Source: Bigelowiella natans CCMP2755
Lineage: Eukaryota; Protista; Cercozoa
Direction: 5' to 3'
Assembly (NCBI GenBank): GCA_000320545.1
Contig: ADNK01001071.1
Location: 1 to 64,000 of the forward strand
Length of the DNA: 64,000 nt
Of this stretch, positions 36,678 through 49,095 are shown one piece after another. How positions within the stretch are numbered: the stretch's first letter is position 1; every line of letters starts with the position of its first letter. The notes under the pieces are model-generated. The model was not told the DNA's origin, ran no database searches, and worked only from the letters and a program-made list of their open reading frames with translations. Position numbers and translations under genes: made by a program.

Positions 36678-37216
36678 GGCTTACCGCACGGTCGACAGTT
36701 CTGTCGCACATGAATTGAAGGACAGTTGCCGGAATCGAAGGGAGGTATACGGCACAACAGAGGTATCTGATCATTCATTTCATCAAAAATCACAGTATGA
36801 GCAGACCACTGGAAATGTAGCTAGAATATAGGCAATGCCTTCGAACCTAATCATGACTACATTTTTCATCGTATGCTGCTATCTAGGGCGCGATCAATTA
36901 TCACAATCTATCCAAAGACATACAAGAACTCCATCCGGTTATGGAACAACGTTATTGAGAAGTAGTTGACCGCTGATAGGACACAAGTGAAGCCGATGCT
37001 AACCCCAACCTAACAAACCCAAAAACCACATCTTTAGATACTTTCCGCTGCATTTTTCGAAGGTTTTGGAAGCTATTGAAAAGGGATCGTGAAAGCCATT
37101 CGCTTTTCATTTTTCAGTTGGAAAAGTAGCATCCATCCTCCTACCGCAATAAAGAAGACGCAGACGTGTTCCAGGGTGGTCGTAGATCCGCCGACACGAA
37201 CAGTGAACGAGCGCAT
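31201..37216 (-). CDS. Equilibrative nucleoside transporter (ENT/SLC29)-like membrane protein; many exons, both ends approximate
   Basis: Exon peptides VCVFFIA|VGVSIGFTCVLSAVNYF, AVYLPSIPATVLQ, FSALAYGSFFQL, TAIFSMGYQ|GAGII, IFKQVAPCVIA, LPQILFFTKLVCDTLGR|PL, LSVLRVGSLFVFF, GVFSLASGFV, SAYQFAP, VANMLNLSFHFG occur in ENT order (D..GR motif). Confidence 0.75.
32786..32891. repeat. 53-bp tandem duplication (2 copies, 1 mismatch), probably intronic
   Basis: aagaaagggtagaatgggagcaagaacacagaggcgaagatgtt[c/g]aggaatct repeated. Confidence 0.85.
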
Positions 37217-37728
37217 CTCCGGGTTATGCCGCCTATATGGGGGAACGTTATCACCATCTTGTAAGCAAACAATGTACGTTTTCCCTAAGCACTGTGGCGT
37301 GTGCCTTTATCCTTTTCTGTAACAGATGATCTATCGCCTGCAACCCGCATTTCGCACGTATCATCAAAACTGGCCCCTTTCCCTCGCTTCCGGTTTCAAA
37401 GCACTACCGATGCCGATTTCCGAGGAATATTTCAACTAGGAGGAAAGGTGGCTAGGGCAGGGTCGTGTTCGCTGCGCCCGATAACGGAAAGAAAGAAGGC
37501 TAGTGAACGGGGGGGGTGTGAGGAAGGGTGAAGAACGTTGAATTTTTTCATACACCGTCAATATGTAAAAAATACAGGCCATTTTTAGCTTTTTTGGTCA
37601 AAATCATCGACGCCCGGGATTAAAACCGGGATCCCACCGGGATTGGAGATGGATCCCGGCCCCTTTCTCTCATGACAAAATTAATGACCAACACACAGCC
37701 GTGATGCATGCCTGACTGACTGACAACG

Positions 37729-39831
37729 ATGGAGAAGGGTGAGGGCGGGTCTGAGTCTCTCGTCAGTTGTGTTCTCGGGGGAGGTGCTAAGCAGGAGCTC
37801 ATTCGGGCAGGCGGGGCTCAGTTGATCTCCCTCTTGAGAAAGCTCCTTTCTGTTGCAGAAGGGGAGGAGAAGGAAGGTGACGACATGACTAGGATCGCCA
37901 AAAGTGTCCCCTATGTTCATCATGCAGTAAAAGAGTGTTGTGAAGTGTGAGTAACAGGGATGCCGTTGCTGTGGTACTCCTACGAGAATTAGGAACTTAC
38001 CACTAGAGTCAGTTTTCCGGCAGCATGACTCATACACATGACTTTACACGATGGATAAATGAACAGACCGCTCGTTAGATCTTCGAAGATCTGTTGCATT
38101 TTCTGCACGGGAATTGTGCTGGGAAAAATTGCACACGGGGCCATGGCACGAGGTCCTGCCCTTCGTCAATCTTCGGAGCTCGACGAGCTTTTTTGTAGCG
38201 AATATTCCAATGTACTGATGGTTGGCCCTCTTTGGCATAAGGTGGAGGATATCTGGAGGGAGATGTTTGCGTTGACTACCAGTCTCCTCGGTTAAGATAC
38301 TCATTCACATCTTGCATCAACCTATCTCATCACACGCTTGCATTTACTTTCAGTGGAGCTCGAAGAGAGGCGGTCGGTACTGCTCCGACCCGAGGCGGCA
38401 ATCGACTTATCACTGCGACCAAAACGTTCCTCGACTTCCAGCAGTGCTACCAATCCACATCCGAAACGGCCCAAGTTGGGTTCTGCAGTGAGTGATAAGC
38501 TCGCGGAAGGATCATTGCCCTCAAAATCGTCTGCGTTGGGCCATCATCTTGGAGAGAAGAAGCAAAATATAAAGGAACATGGCTACTCTCCTTCATCCAT
38601 GGTATATCCCGAGCAACACAAACGGGAGCTAAAGAAAAGATGTTTGTTTTGGATCGATCAAGCGCTCATGATGACCCCGCCGCACTCACGCCCGCCTCTC
38701 CACCTCATTGCAAATCGACTACACCTGCAGCTGGTACTTATGAATTAATATTCCGAATCATGCATGATTCTACATGTTTCGATGGAGATGTGTGTTCCAA
38801 CGTCATCCTCCTGTCGTTGTCGCTCAATCATCATCTCCAAAGTCGTTCGTTCGTCCCTGACCTTTATGTGAACGAACTTTTTGCAACAGGCAGAGTCTGA
38901 CCGAAGGGATGGGAAAATAGATACTAACACAAGTTTGCCTGGCCCTTCAAAAATCTCTTGGGGAGAATTTTCATTACCAGCAAAAGCAATGATGGCACTT
39001 ACCTCTTCATCTTTTTCCTCTTCGAGCTCCTCCTCCTCCTCCTCCTCGGCTTCCACAGCACAATTACCACCACCACAATCATCCTACTCCCTATCATCAT
39101 CATCATCATCATTATCGCCATCCGTATTAGCCGATTACTTACCGCAAGCCGTAGTCGCGAAGATCAAGCAGCCCTCTCTCTTCGATTTTACAAGGTGGGT
39201 AGCAAGGAATCACAACATGAGAACAGAGCGCAGCAGCATTGCCCCTCCTCCTCCTCCTCCTCCTCCTCCTCCCCCTCCCTGCCGTCAGCTTGCTTGAGGA
39301 CTACCAGCAATGTGATTCATGCATAGGGGATCGTTTGCCGCCACAGTTTTCATCATCACCACCACCATCTCTCATAACGACCGCCTCTCATCGCCCTCTC
39401 ATGCTTTTACTTCAGGTTAGCGCAACAGCGACGACCCTTTATCATAACGGGCGCTATCGGACATTGGCCGGCTTTGAAGAAGTGGGGGGATATAGCCTAC
39501 ATCCGAGAGGTGGTGATAGTGATAGTGGTGGTGGCGGTGGTGGCAATGGGTATCAAGGAAACGGGTGCATGAAGGGGGGAGACTAAAGTGCGGTGAGGAT
39601 TAGTAAGAGGGCCTTAATTGATGTCTAGAGCTGCTCCATCCGTAATATTTCTCGTCGTCGGTGTTGCTATGACCAACGACTTGTTTGCATCGTGTCTATC
39701 TCTTAAAAACGCGCTAATTCATGAATCCTGGCAGACATGTGGGTACCGCAGCGTCCCTGTTGAGATTGGTAGCTCCTACCTCGACGAGGAATGGTCGCAG
39801 GTGCTATAGAGCATGCTGCTACAACAACAGT

Positions 39832-39864
<33 letters not shown>

Positions 39865-40446
39865 TTCATCATCATGGTCATCACCATCATCATATAACAA
39901 CACATCACGAATGCATAGAGAACCCCACCTTGCTGATCAAGATCGCAACCCCCCCCTCCCCCCTCACACACGCACACACAGCGAATCATGACTGTGAACG
40001 AGTTCCTGGACAGATATGTCTTATCTTCAACGAGAACCAAAGATAAAGAAGAAGAAGAAGAAGAAGAAGAAGAGGAGAAGGAGGAGAAGGAAATACCAGC
40101 AGCTGAACATCTCCGATCGCAACCATCCAGCTACGATATAGAACAAAAATGCAGCCCAAACAGATCATCGGAATGCGAGAGATTAAAGCAGCGAAAATGC
40201 CAAGTCAAGTTGCGGGAGGGCAGCAAAACCAAGAGCAGTGTGCAGGAAAGCAACGGAAAGACAAAGGTGGTCGCTGAAGGAGGGAGGACGAGGCGGAGGA
40301 GGAGGAGGAGGACTCAAGGGGGAGGGAGGAGGAGGAAGAGGAGATATAAGCTGCATATGTGTTGCTGTATTCTTTGTTGTGAGGATAATGCTTGGATGAT
40401 AGTAATTATGATGCACGGGCGTGCTGTGTGATTGTGAAAGCGAGCG

Positions 40447-40490
<44 letters not shown>

Positions 40491-40829
40491 GGAGAGAGAA
40501 CATTTCTTTTCCCTCTCCAGTCTCTTCTCTATCGTCTCATCATCGATATGGTTCTATCGTAGAATATAGGCTATCTGGCCCAACACGCCTTGTTCGAGCA
40601 AATCCCTGTCTTGTCGCGGGACATCATAACCCCAGACTATTGCCACTGCGACTTGCAGGATGGTGCTGATGAAGAAGAAGATGAAGCACCTAAGATAAAT
40701 GCGTGGTTCGGGCCTGAAGGTGCTATAGCTTGATGATCATACTATTCAACTCGGGACATGGCTACATAGATCATCTTCTTCATTTTCCCGACCATAGCTA
40801 AATATAACATATAACATATAATATATATA

Positions 40830-40864
<35 letters not shown>

Positions 40865-41929
40865 ACATTATACGGCTTGCTGCTGACCGTAACCGTTCCC
40901 GGTGGCCCATCATTCATCATTCTCTCCGTATTTCCCCACTTATCTCAGGCACCGTGTCTCCCCTTCATTTTGACCCTCAACACAATCTTCTAGCACAAGT
41001 AAGGAGACAGTCGACAACAACTGCTACTGCTACTACTGCTACTACTACTACTGCTAATACTACGACTACTACGACTACTACTGTGGATCTTAACTGCAAC
41101 TTGCTGCTGTCGTCTCAGAAAACCAAAAATAAAATTCTCTGTTCTGGAGCAGCTTTTCCTTTCGAATCGCAAACGTGCATCCTTGTAAACTGCCACACGA
41201 CGACAACAACAACTGTCAATAATATCAGGTCGTCGGGTACAAACTCATTACGATGTACAGCGCGGAGGATTCGCCTTCTTTGTATCCCTCTCCAACGTCG
41301 ATGCTACATAATACGAGGTGGTGGTAGTGGTGGTGATGTTTAGAAGCTGGTGCTGTGGTAGTATTACGCAGTTGGTTTCCAGTTACGATTACCGAATTTC
41401 CCCATCCTTTCTGTTCTTCTTCTTCTCCTCCTTCTTCGTTCTCAAAGTATTCACCTCCTGTCCCACTTGGGTAAGGGGAGCTGAGGCTGCAGAATCTTCT
41501 TGTTCTAGCTATGTAGCCCTAATGCAATGAATACGCACAATAGCCAAGTGGACGTCGAGAACCCAGATCTGGAGAAATATCCCAAGTTTGTAGATGCGAA
41601 GCTCGTAAAATGTGTCCTCAGGTAAGACGTGCAATAAGTACAGGAGACATATGGGAGAGACAGTTTGATGGTAACCTGGGCGCAGGAGAGGGAACTGCAC
41701 AGAGATATTAACTTGCAAGAATAGTTTTACCGTGCTCATAACTATGGCTTTCCACTCCTTTTGATTTTTTATGTTCGCCCTTGACACCGGAAACAGCCCT
41801 GGTGAAATGTTGTACATACCACCTGGAGTTTGGCATCATATTCGATCGCTGTCGGGAAGCTTCTCTGTTAGCTTTTGGTTTGGACCTTCCTCTGCTCCGC
41901 AATTGATGAAGAAAAAATCAAGTAGATAA
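37729..41929 (+). CDS. JMJD5: JmjC-domain 2-oxoglutarate oxygenase, JMJD5/KDM8-like (multi-exon)
   Basis: RPFIITGAIGHWPALKKW, GYRSVPVEIGSSYLDEEWSQ, GYLAQHALFEQIP, INAWFGPEG|TVSPLHFDPQHNLLAQ|VVGYK, SQVDVENPD, PGEMLYIPPGVWHHIRSLS.SFSVSFWF. HxD...H triad intact; TAA at 41927-41929. Confidence 0.9.
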
Positions 41930-42940
41930 TTGTTCCGCATGCGACCACCTATTCGCATCAGCTTTTTCGTCCTTTCGATGCGCTGAACAGTTTCACACCA
42001 TTCTTACCTTACCATCTCCCGTGCTTCCGAGACTCGTAGCTCTAGACCAGGCTATGGTATGCAGCCTGACAATCTTGCATTGTAGCATAGTAGTGCAGAG
42101 TGCGTTATACACACCCAAGTGTGAGACGGATGTAATGATTAAATTAAATTTGTTCAATTGTCATCCTGATGTAGCCCTGATGTAGCTGTGCAAAGCAGCG
42201 GCTACAGCGCTTATGTTGAATCTATTTTGTTTTTTTGTTATGTGCTTTAAGTGCAGTGCACGGGCTATGCTGCTAGGACCATGCTATCCTACTGCTCATA
42301 ACACTTAGTCGACCACCACATCATTATTGCATGCGCAGCTACCTACCGCCTGGCAGCCCTGCATATACTGCAGTTGATGACTGACGCCTTTATTATTTGA
42401 CTTCTTATGTTGCCGCATAAAGCTAAAACCAATGCAAGTTGAAAGCCATAGCATGCGATGAGTCTTATTGTGCAGACTTGCCGTCCCACTCGATCTGCTT
42501 GCGCGTTAGCTAGACAGCGGCTGCACGTGCCGTATTTGCTACAATATACAGCTACGCTATGCAAAGCTCTAGAGTAGTCACATGCTTTTAGACAATTTTG
42601 TAGCAAGGTTGTATTACACTACACAAAGATTATATGTGGCGGAAAAAGCAAAAGCTCGCCTTTAACGCAACACACATAGCATGTATATGGTCCAGCCGCA
42701 CCTTCAATGTCCACACGTTACTAGTCATGTACGTACATATATGTCTTTCTGTGTGTATATACACAAAAAAATGAGATATTCTTACTTCACCGAGAAATAA
42801 ACCTAACATCCTTGTTCGATGACCATGCTAGAAAATAATTCACTAGTCGTCGACAATGCCATCGCGCAGGGCAATAATTACTTATGTCAAATGTAGCGAT
42901 GTAAGATTTAAACATATTACTTTATATTGCACCATAAGGT

Positions 42941-43871
42941 TTAATCTTTCCTCGTTTCTTCATTTCCTTCGATTTCTTCAGCTGCTTCCACATGATCATC
43001 AGCTTGTTCTATTCCGTCTGCCTCCTCATAAGAAGCTTCTTGCTCGATGAGTACTTCATCAGGAATTTCACCCATCTCCGGCACAACTCCCTCCACAATA
43101 GGCATAGTGGATCCACTCAACTCATTTTTCAACCTTTCACGTAAAGCCTGCTTCTCTGCTTCAGTTTTCGGCGGTCGGGGAGCCCTAATCTCCCCCTCCC
43201 TAAAAACAAACATCCTGATCAGTGTGTTAACCTTTAGGTTAAGGCTCAGAGTTAAGTGGATTATTGTGACCGATCGATGTATTCTATGTATGCCAGCTGA
43301 GCATCATCTCCCTGGCGCTTTCGCGTCCGCAGTACCCTTGTGTAACCTCCATCGCGTGCCCTAAGCATAAAATGCACCAGCGGTCTTAGTTATGATGAGG
43401 ATAGAAATAGGACAGAAATTGTCCTGTTTCATCTGTCTTGGACATAAGAAACGGTAACCTCACCGATATCGCTCAGCAAATTCACCGAACAGTTTGTCCA
43501 CCACTTTCCGATCCCGAACGAAGGAGCAAGCTTGGTTGTAATGATTTTTGGTGCCTGCCAAAAGGAGCGAAGATGATTCGACGAAAGTGGATCTTATTCA
43601 AAATCTATTTTCAAAATGAAATGATTTGTCTTTACCCTTTTTGGCTAGTGTGACCATTTTGTCCGCGAAGCGCTTGAGGAGTTTTGCTTTGGGTAGGGTT
43701 GTTTCTATTCGTTCGTGCTGAATGAGTTGGGTCACTTGCGTCCTGGTGTACAGAAACATCTCAAAAACTCCTTTTGAATTCTTGCATGAGCACTTCGAAT
43801 TACCTCAACACAGATTTGAGGTGTTGCGCATCCTTTCCCTTGATCTTGAAGCCGCGAAACCGGCTTGGCAT
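42941..43871 (-). CDS. MRPL17: Ribosomal protein bL17, probably mitochondrial, with an acidic C-terminal extension (5 exons)
   Basis: [71 protein letters not shown]. No bipartite plastid leader. Confidence 0.9.
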
Positions 43872-44505
43872 GATCGAATTGTGGTCTTCTACTCTGCGTG
43901 GGGCCCCACCGTGCCGAGAGATTGACCAATTTGTCTCAACCGACAATAATTTGTATCTGTCGCATCTCTAATACTTACTTGGATTAATCTATTTTGAAAC
44001 CATTAAAATTCTATGTTACGACAATTATTCTTGCGTTTCAGAGTTTATGAACGTAATGTGTTCTAAATCTGAAAAACATTTCAAAAATTGAGGTCGCATT
44101 TCGAATAGAGCATACATTTATGTTGGCCGAGGAAATATTTTAGTGCACTGAAAATTTATATCCCAGCCGTTGGGTGGCAGATCACCAGTCTGAAATGCTG
44201 CTCCATACAAACTATTGCAATATAATTGAAGACTACGACAACTTTTTATCCTTGTTTCCCTTATAATTTAGACTGATTTATGGTGGTCTGGTGAGGGAAA
44301 TCACGCAACTGTAATCTTAATAATTTAACCCGGGAAGGAGTATCTCACCGCTCCAACTTTTGGGAGGTGGGTAGAATGCTGATAGAGGAGCTACTTTTAC
44401 AAATTTTCATATAGTAAAGGCGGATTAGGCGGAGGATAGAGACATTTTTAATCGCTTTCTCTTTCGTTAGCTTTCACCTGTCCAAAGGGCATCCTTCAAA
44501 AGCAG

Positions 44506-45490
44506 ATGAGGAGAACACGGTCCCAAGCCTCCAGATCGGTGGAAAATGAATCCACAACCTCAGAACAGAACCATCACCAGCTTCGTCGTGAGGAGAGGGC
44601 TCGACGTAGGATGGCTCGAAAGCGGAATGCAGATGTAAACATGAAAGAGAATGTGGTTCCTACCAAGAAGAAAGCTTTACGTCGATCACGTCGTACTAAA
44701 GCACAGGATGCTGAATCTTCTCGCTCGACGAAGATGGGACTTTCACGATTAGGGACTTCGGATAAGGTCCCCGTAATACAACAAATTTTGTGAAATGTTG
44801 TTTATAATAAACAAAATAGGTGCAAACGAGGCACCAATTTCCAAAGGAGAATGTGGAAAATTGCGCCACCTCCTCAACGAAGGATTCCATTGTATGATCT
44901 CAAATACGAATTCTGCAAGGAGAACAATTTCTAATGGTGGTTTTCTATGTAAAGGCAACACCATCAAAGGTTGAGGATGCAAATGGCAGTTTCATGTTTT
45001 CACCTATCCCGATCGCACATGAGCATTCGGTGAGCACTACATCTTGATACTAAAAGAAAAATTAGAATTGCCCTACTCACATTGCTATTTCTCTTAAAGC
45101 GTGGGCAAGGTGTTTCGCTACCTGTTGAGGATGTGAAGGTAAACTTGACTCCGCAGGAAGACAGGAGCCAAAACGATATTACCGCAGAAATTGGAAAGTC
45201 CAGAAGTCAACAAATTGAGCTATGTGACGAAGACCCATATGATGACGATGACAAAAGGGACTCTGGTCGATTTAGGCCGATGAAAAGGGTGAATAAAGAT
45301 AAAATTAGCCCGAAGACGCTCAAGGTCGTAATATTGAACATTTATAATCTGAAGAAAAACTCCCAATCATAATTGGTGAAAATTCATTACTTTGTTTCTC
45401 AGCGGGTCGACGATCAAGCCAGAAAAACATTTGAAAATGCCAAAGCCTTCTTTGAAGAGCTAGACGGGGAAGACACTGAAGACTTAATTG
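44506..45490 (+). CDS. Hypothetical hydrophilic protein with Arg/Lys-rich N-terminus; exon structure and end uncertain
   Basis: ORFs 44506-44793 and 45082-45372 with plausible GT/AG junctions; head-to-head with bL17. No domain recognised. Confidence 0.5.
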
Positions 45491-46206
45491 AATTTGTCTA
45501 GGCAGGACAGCATAAAATGAATAAAAAATGGTCAACGATCGCGGCGTGTACGTTTAGTTTTGCATAGAAGCAATTAGTTTAGCAACGAGGTAGCAACGTC
45601 TCTTCGATTCAGATGTATGCATCTGCATTCTTATGCCGCATCTACCTTTCACATAAGAAACTATCTAAGTTGCTGCCTTCCTTGTTCGATATGCAATGCG
45701 AGGCGCACTAAAATCGCAGGCAACCAGCAATGCGTCCGACGACTCGCGCCTGCTGCTGGTGTGTCGTACAATACGTACTACTAGCGCTAGTTATCTCTTT
45801 CAGCCATGCAGTGCACAACAGCGCGAAACTTACGTAACTAACTTGTGCGCAGATGAAGTGCTTCCAAATATACATAGCTTATATACGATCCAACGTGCTA
45901 TAGCGTGCAATGCAGCGCCTGTCTAGCTGTGCTAATCGCATGCTAGCATGCTCTTCAAACATGAAACATTTAGGCTTCAATTCGGAAATATCGATGTGAA
46001 TGTTACAATGAAGAATCGAACCGAGTGGTAGGAAAACTATTTAGAGGGAAAATTGGCGCTCTAGCACCGCTATATATGGTGCGATCGCCGCCTCATTACT
46101 TTATGTACGTCTTGGTGTTTGCTGTATCGTTTTGGTATACTACTGTACTATGTATGTGTATCGCTTGAATATAGATGAAGAAGCGATTGGAAAATACTTT
46201 CAAAAG

Positions 46207-47529
46207 TTATTCTGGTCTTCTAGCGTAGACAGGACATGTTCCTTGTCCTCTTCCAGAATTGTCTGTCGAGTGGTGAATGCAGGGATGGAAATCGGGGTGG
46301 AAGTTGAGCACAGCTCCGACCTTGGTAGGCGCAAATGTTGGCCCCCTCGTCGTAGGACAAACCGTGGGCGAAGGCGTGGGACCGGTGTCGGCGATATATC
46401 GGATTGAATGCGCGTTGTAATCAGCCACATAGAGCCGGTTCGTGTAAACGTTGTACGCCATTTCCCATAGCGATCGGAACCTTGCGCCCGTTCCAGCACC
46501 GTCAATCGTTCCGGAGGTTCCCGATCCTGCATAGGTGTGGACTGAGTTGTCCGATAGGTCTACAAGCCGCACTTTCTGGATGCTCTGCAACACATACAGC
46601 TGAGGCGGTTGGTAGCGCTTGTTGACCAGGACGCTATGCGGGGTATGGAATCTCGCCGATAGTGCTGAACCATCAACGCTTGCCGCGCTACCCGCTCCAG
46701 CTACTGTCGTCACGATCTGGCTTTGCAAGTTGAGAGCACGAATCCTGTGGTTGCCAGAGTCCGCAATGTAGAGAACCGGTCCGGAACTAGCACCTTCGTC
46801 GATGTCGATACCGATTGGGTTGTTAAACTTGGATGTGGCCGCGGATCCGTCAGCGATCGATCTTGCTCCTGTACCGGCGATCGTCTTCACTTCCATTCCC
46901 AACTAAATAAGAAAAACACACAGAAACATATTTTAATGGCTGGAAATTGCGGAGAAGTGAAGAAGGAAAATTTGAACCATCATAATTTCTATAAATGGTA
47001 GTGCTTGTTTTTGTCAATCACCTGATCGCGATGTAGAGCGCGGATTCGGTGGTTGAGCTGGTCTGTGATGAAGAGAATAGGGAACCCAGCCTTTCTACCC
47101 TTGGTCTGCACGCACACGCCTCCGGGACTATTGAATCTGGACTGCAGGAAGTCACCGTCCGTGTGCCCGCTCGATCCGCTGCCCGCGACAGTATCAACCA
47201 CGTTGGTGTTCACTTCAACCTCGCGAATCTTATTATAGGCGTAGTCGACCATGTATAATACTTCACCACGAGGATCTGTGAGATCAAGCACTAGATTCTT
47301 GATGACACCGAATTGCGCATTGGAGAACGCGCCATCGACATTGCCACAGCCTGGCTTGACCGGGAGCTTTACGACCGTGTTATTTAACATGTTGATTTTA
47401 CTGAGACTGCAGTCGGCACCCTGAAAATAGTAGACGATGGAAGTGATGATGATATGAATGTTACAGTGAAGAACATAATGGGTTTTCTTCGTGTTCTGCT
47501 AGACAAAAATGAACAAGCACCAGCAACTA

Positions 47530-47601
<72 letters not shown>

Positions 47602-49052
47602 CACATACACTCACACACGCATCCATATCAACTCTCGACTATAAGCTACACATATTCGTTACCGCGTTTACCGTGAAATATAGCCATTTGGAGATTGTGT
47701 TTGCCACCATCGCAGTAGGCTTTGCAATGCTTCCGAGCACGTTGGTGGCCATTGTGTACACTTCAGTCGTATCATGTACCATACGCTTGAACCGCTGGCT
47801 AGGTGATGAGGTTGGCCGAGGAGTCAGTGTTGGCGTGGCTGTCTGAGGAGATGGCGTGGGCCCACCCAAGACGGACACGCCACTTTGAGAATTGTCTTCG
47901 TCTTGCTTGATCATACGGACTGCTTTGTTGCTCCTGTCTATCACGTACAGCTTGCGCTCGCTGCCGCTGTGTGAGAATGCAACTCCGAACGGCATGTTGA
48001 AGCGTGCATTAGTTCCACGACCGTCTCGCCTCGCAGCCCCAGATCCAATGCCTGTAATGATTGCAAGAACATTTTGTTATTAGTTTTAAGCCCATAAGGA
48101 TTTGAGCTTGCTAGAAACCATGAGCATGTATGTGAGCAGGTACACGCACCTGCCATTCGAACTATTCCCTTCTCATAGAGCTCGACAGAGCGTAGATTGT
48201 CCGTTTCAGACACGACCAGCATTGGTGGATCACGTGTGCTGTCCACAGCAACGAAGTATGGGTTATTTAACAAAGCAACGGGGAGGTTTCCATCTATTTG
48301 GCCTGAAAGGCCAATCCTTCCGGCTACCGTCTTGACACGCTTGGACGCGATGTCAAGACTGCGCACTGTGTTGTCTGCGTCTGTGACGTAGAGAACGCCC
48401 TTTGTGTCCACGTCAATGCCGTATGGCTTGTTAAACCGGGAGTTCTGGAAGGCACCGTCTTGATGAGCGGCTGATCCAGTGCCTGGGGGTGAAGAGGGGA
48501 TTAATTTCGATGATGAATGAAACACACCAAAAAACGAAGATGAAATTCTTTGTTTCTAGGCACGGGATTCTTCTTACCGGCGACATGAAAGACTTTCATG
48601 GTCATCGCCTCGATCCTAATCTCTCGGATCACGTGGTTGAATTGATCGGTGATGTAGATGCTTGGATAGCGCACGTCGTTGCCTGTGTACACGACCAGGT
48701 CTGCAGGTGCGTAGAATTTCGACCTGATGAATGCGCCATCCACGCGCCCCGATGAAGTACTAAGGACGCCGCCTATTGTGTCCACCGTTCGCTCCTTGAG
48801 GTTGATGGACCTGATCTTATTATTATTTTGGTCGGCAACGTAGACGTAACCAGTTCCTGTCCGAGCATCGTTCCAGAATGCCAACCTGTAAAGGGAGAGA
48901 AAGGCTAAGGAGAAAAGAAGGAGGACGACAAGCATACTCTCTTCTTCCTTAATCTCCTATCCCCCCTACCCAAACCCAAACCCCTCCCTCCTCCGCACCC
49001 GCACCCGCACCCGCACCCGCACCCGCACCCGCACCCGCACCCGCTATATATA

Positions 49053-49095
<43 letters not shown>

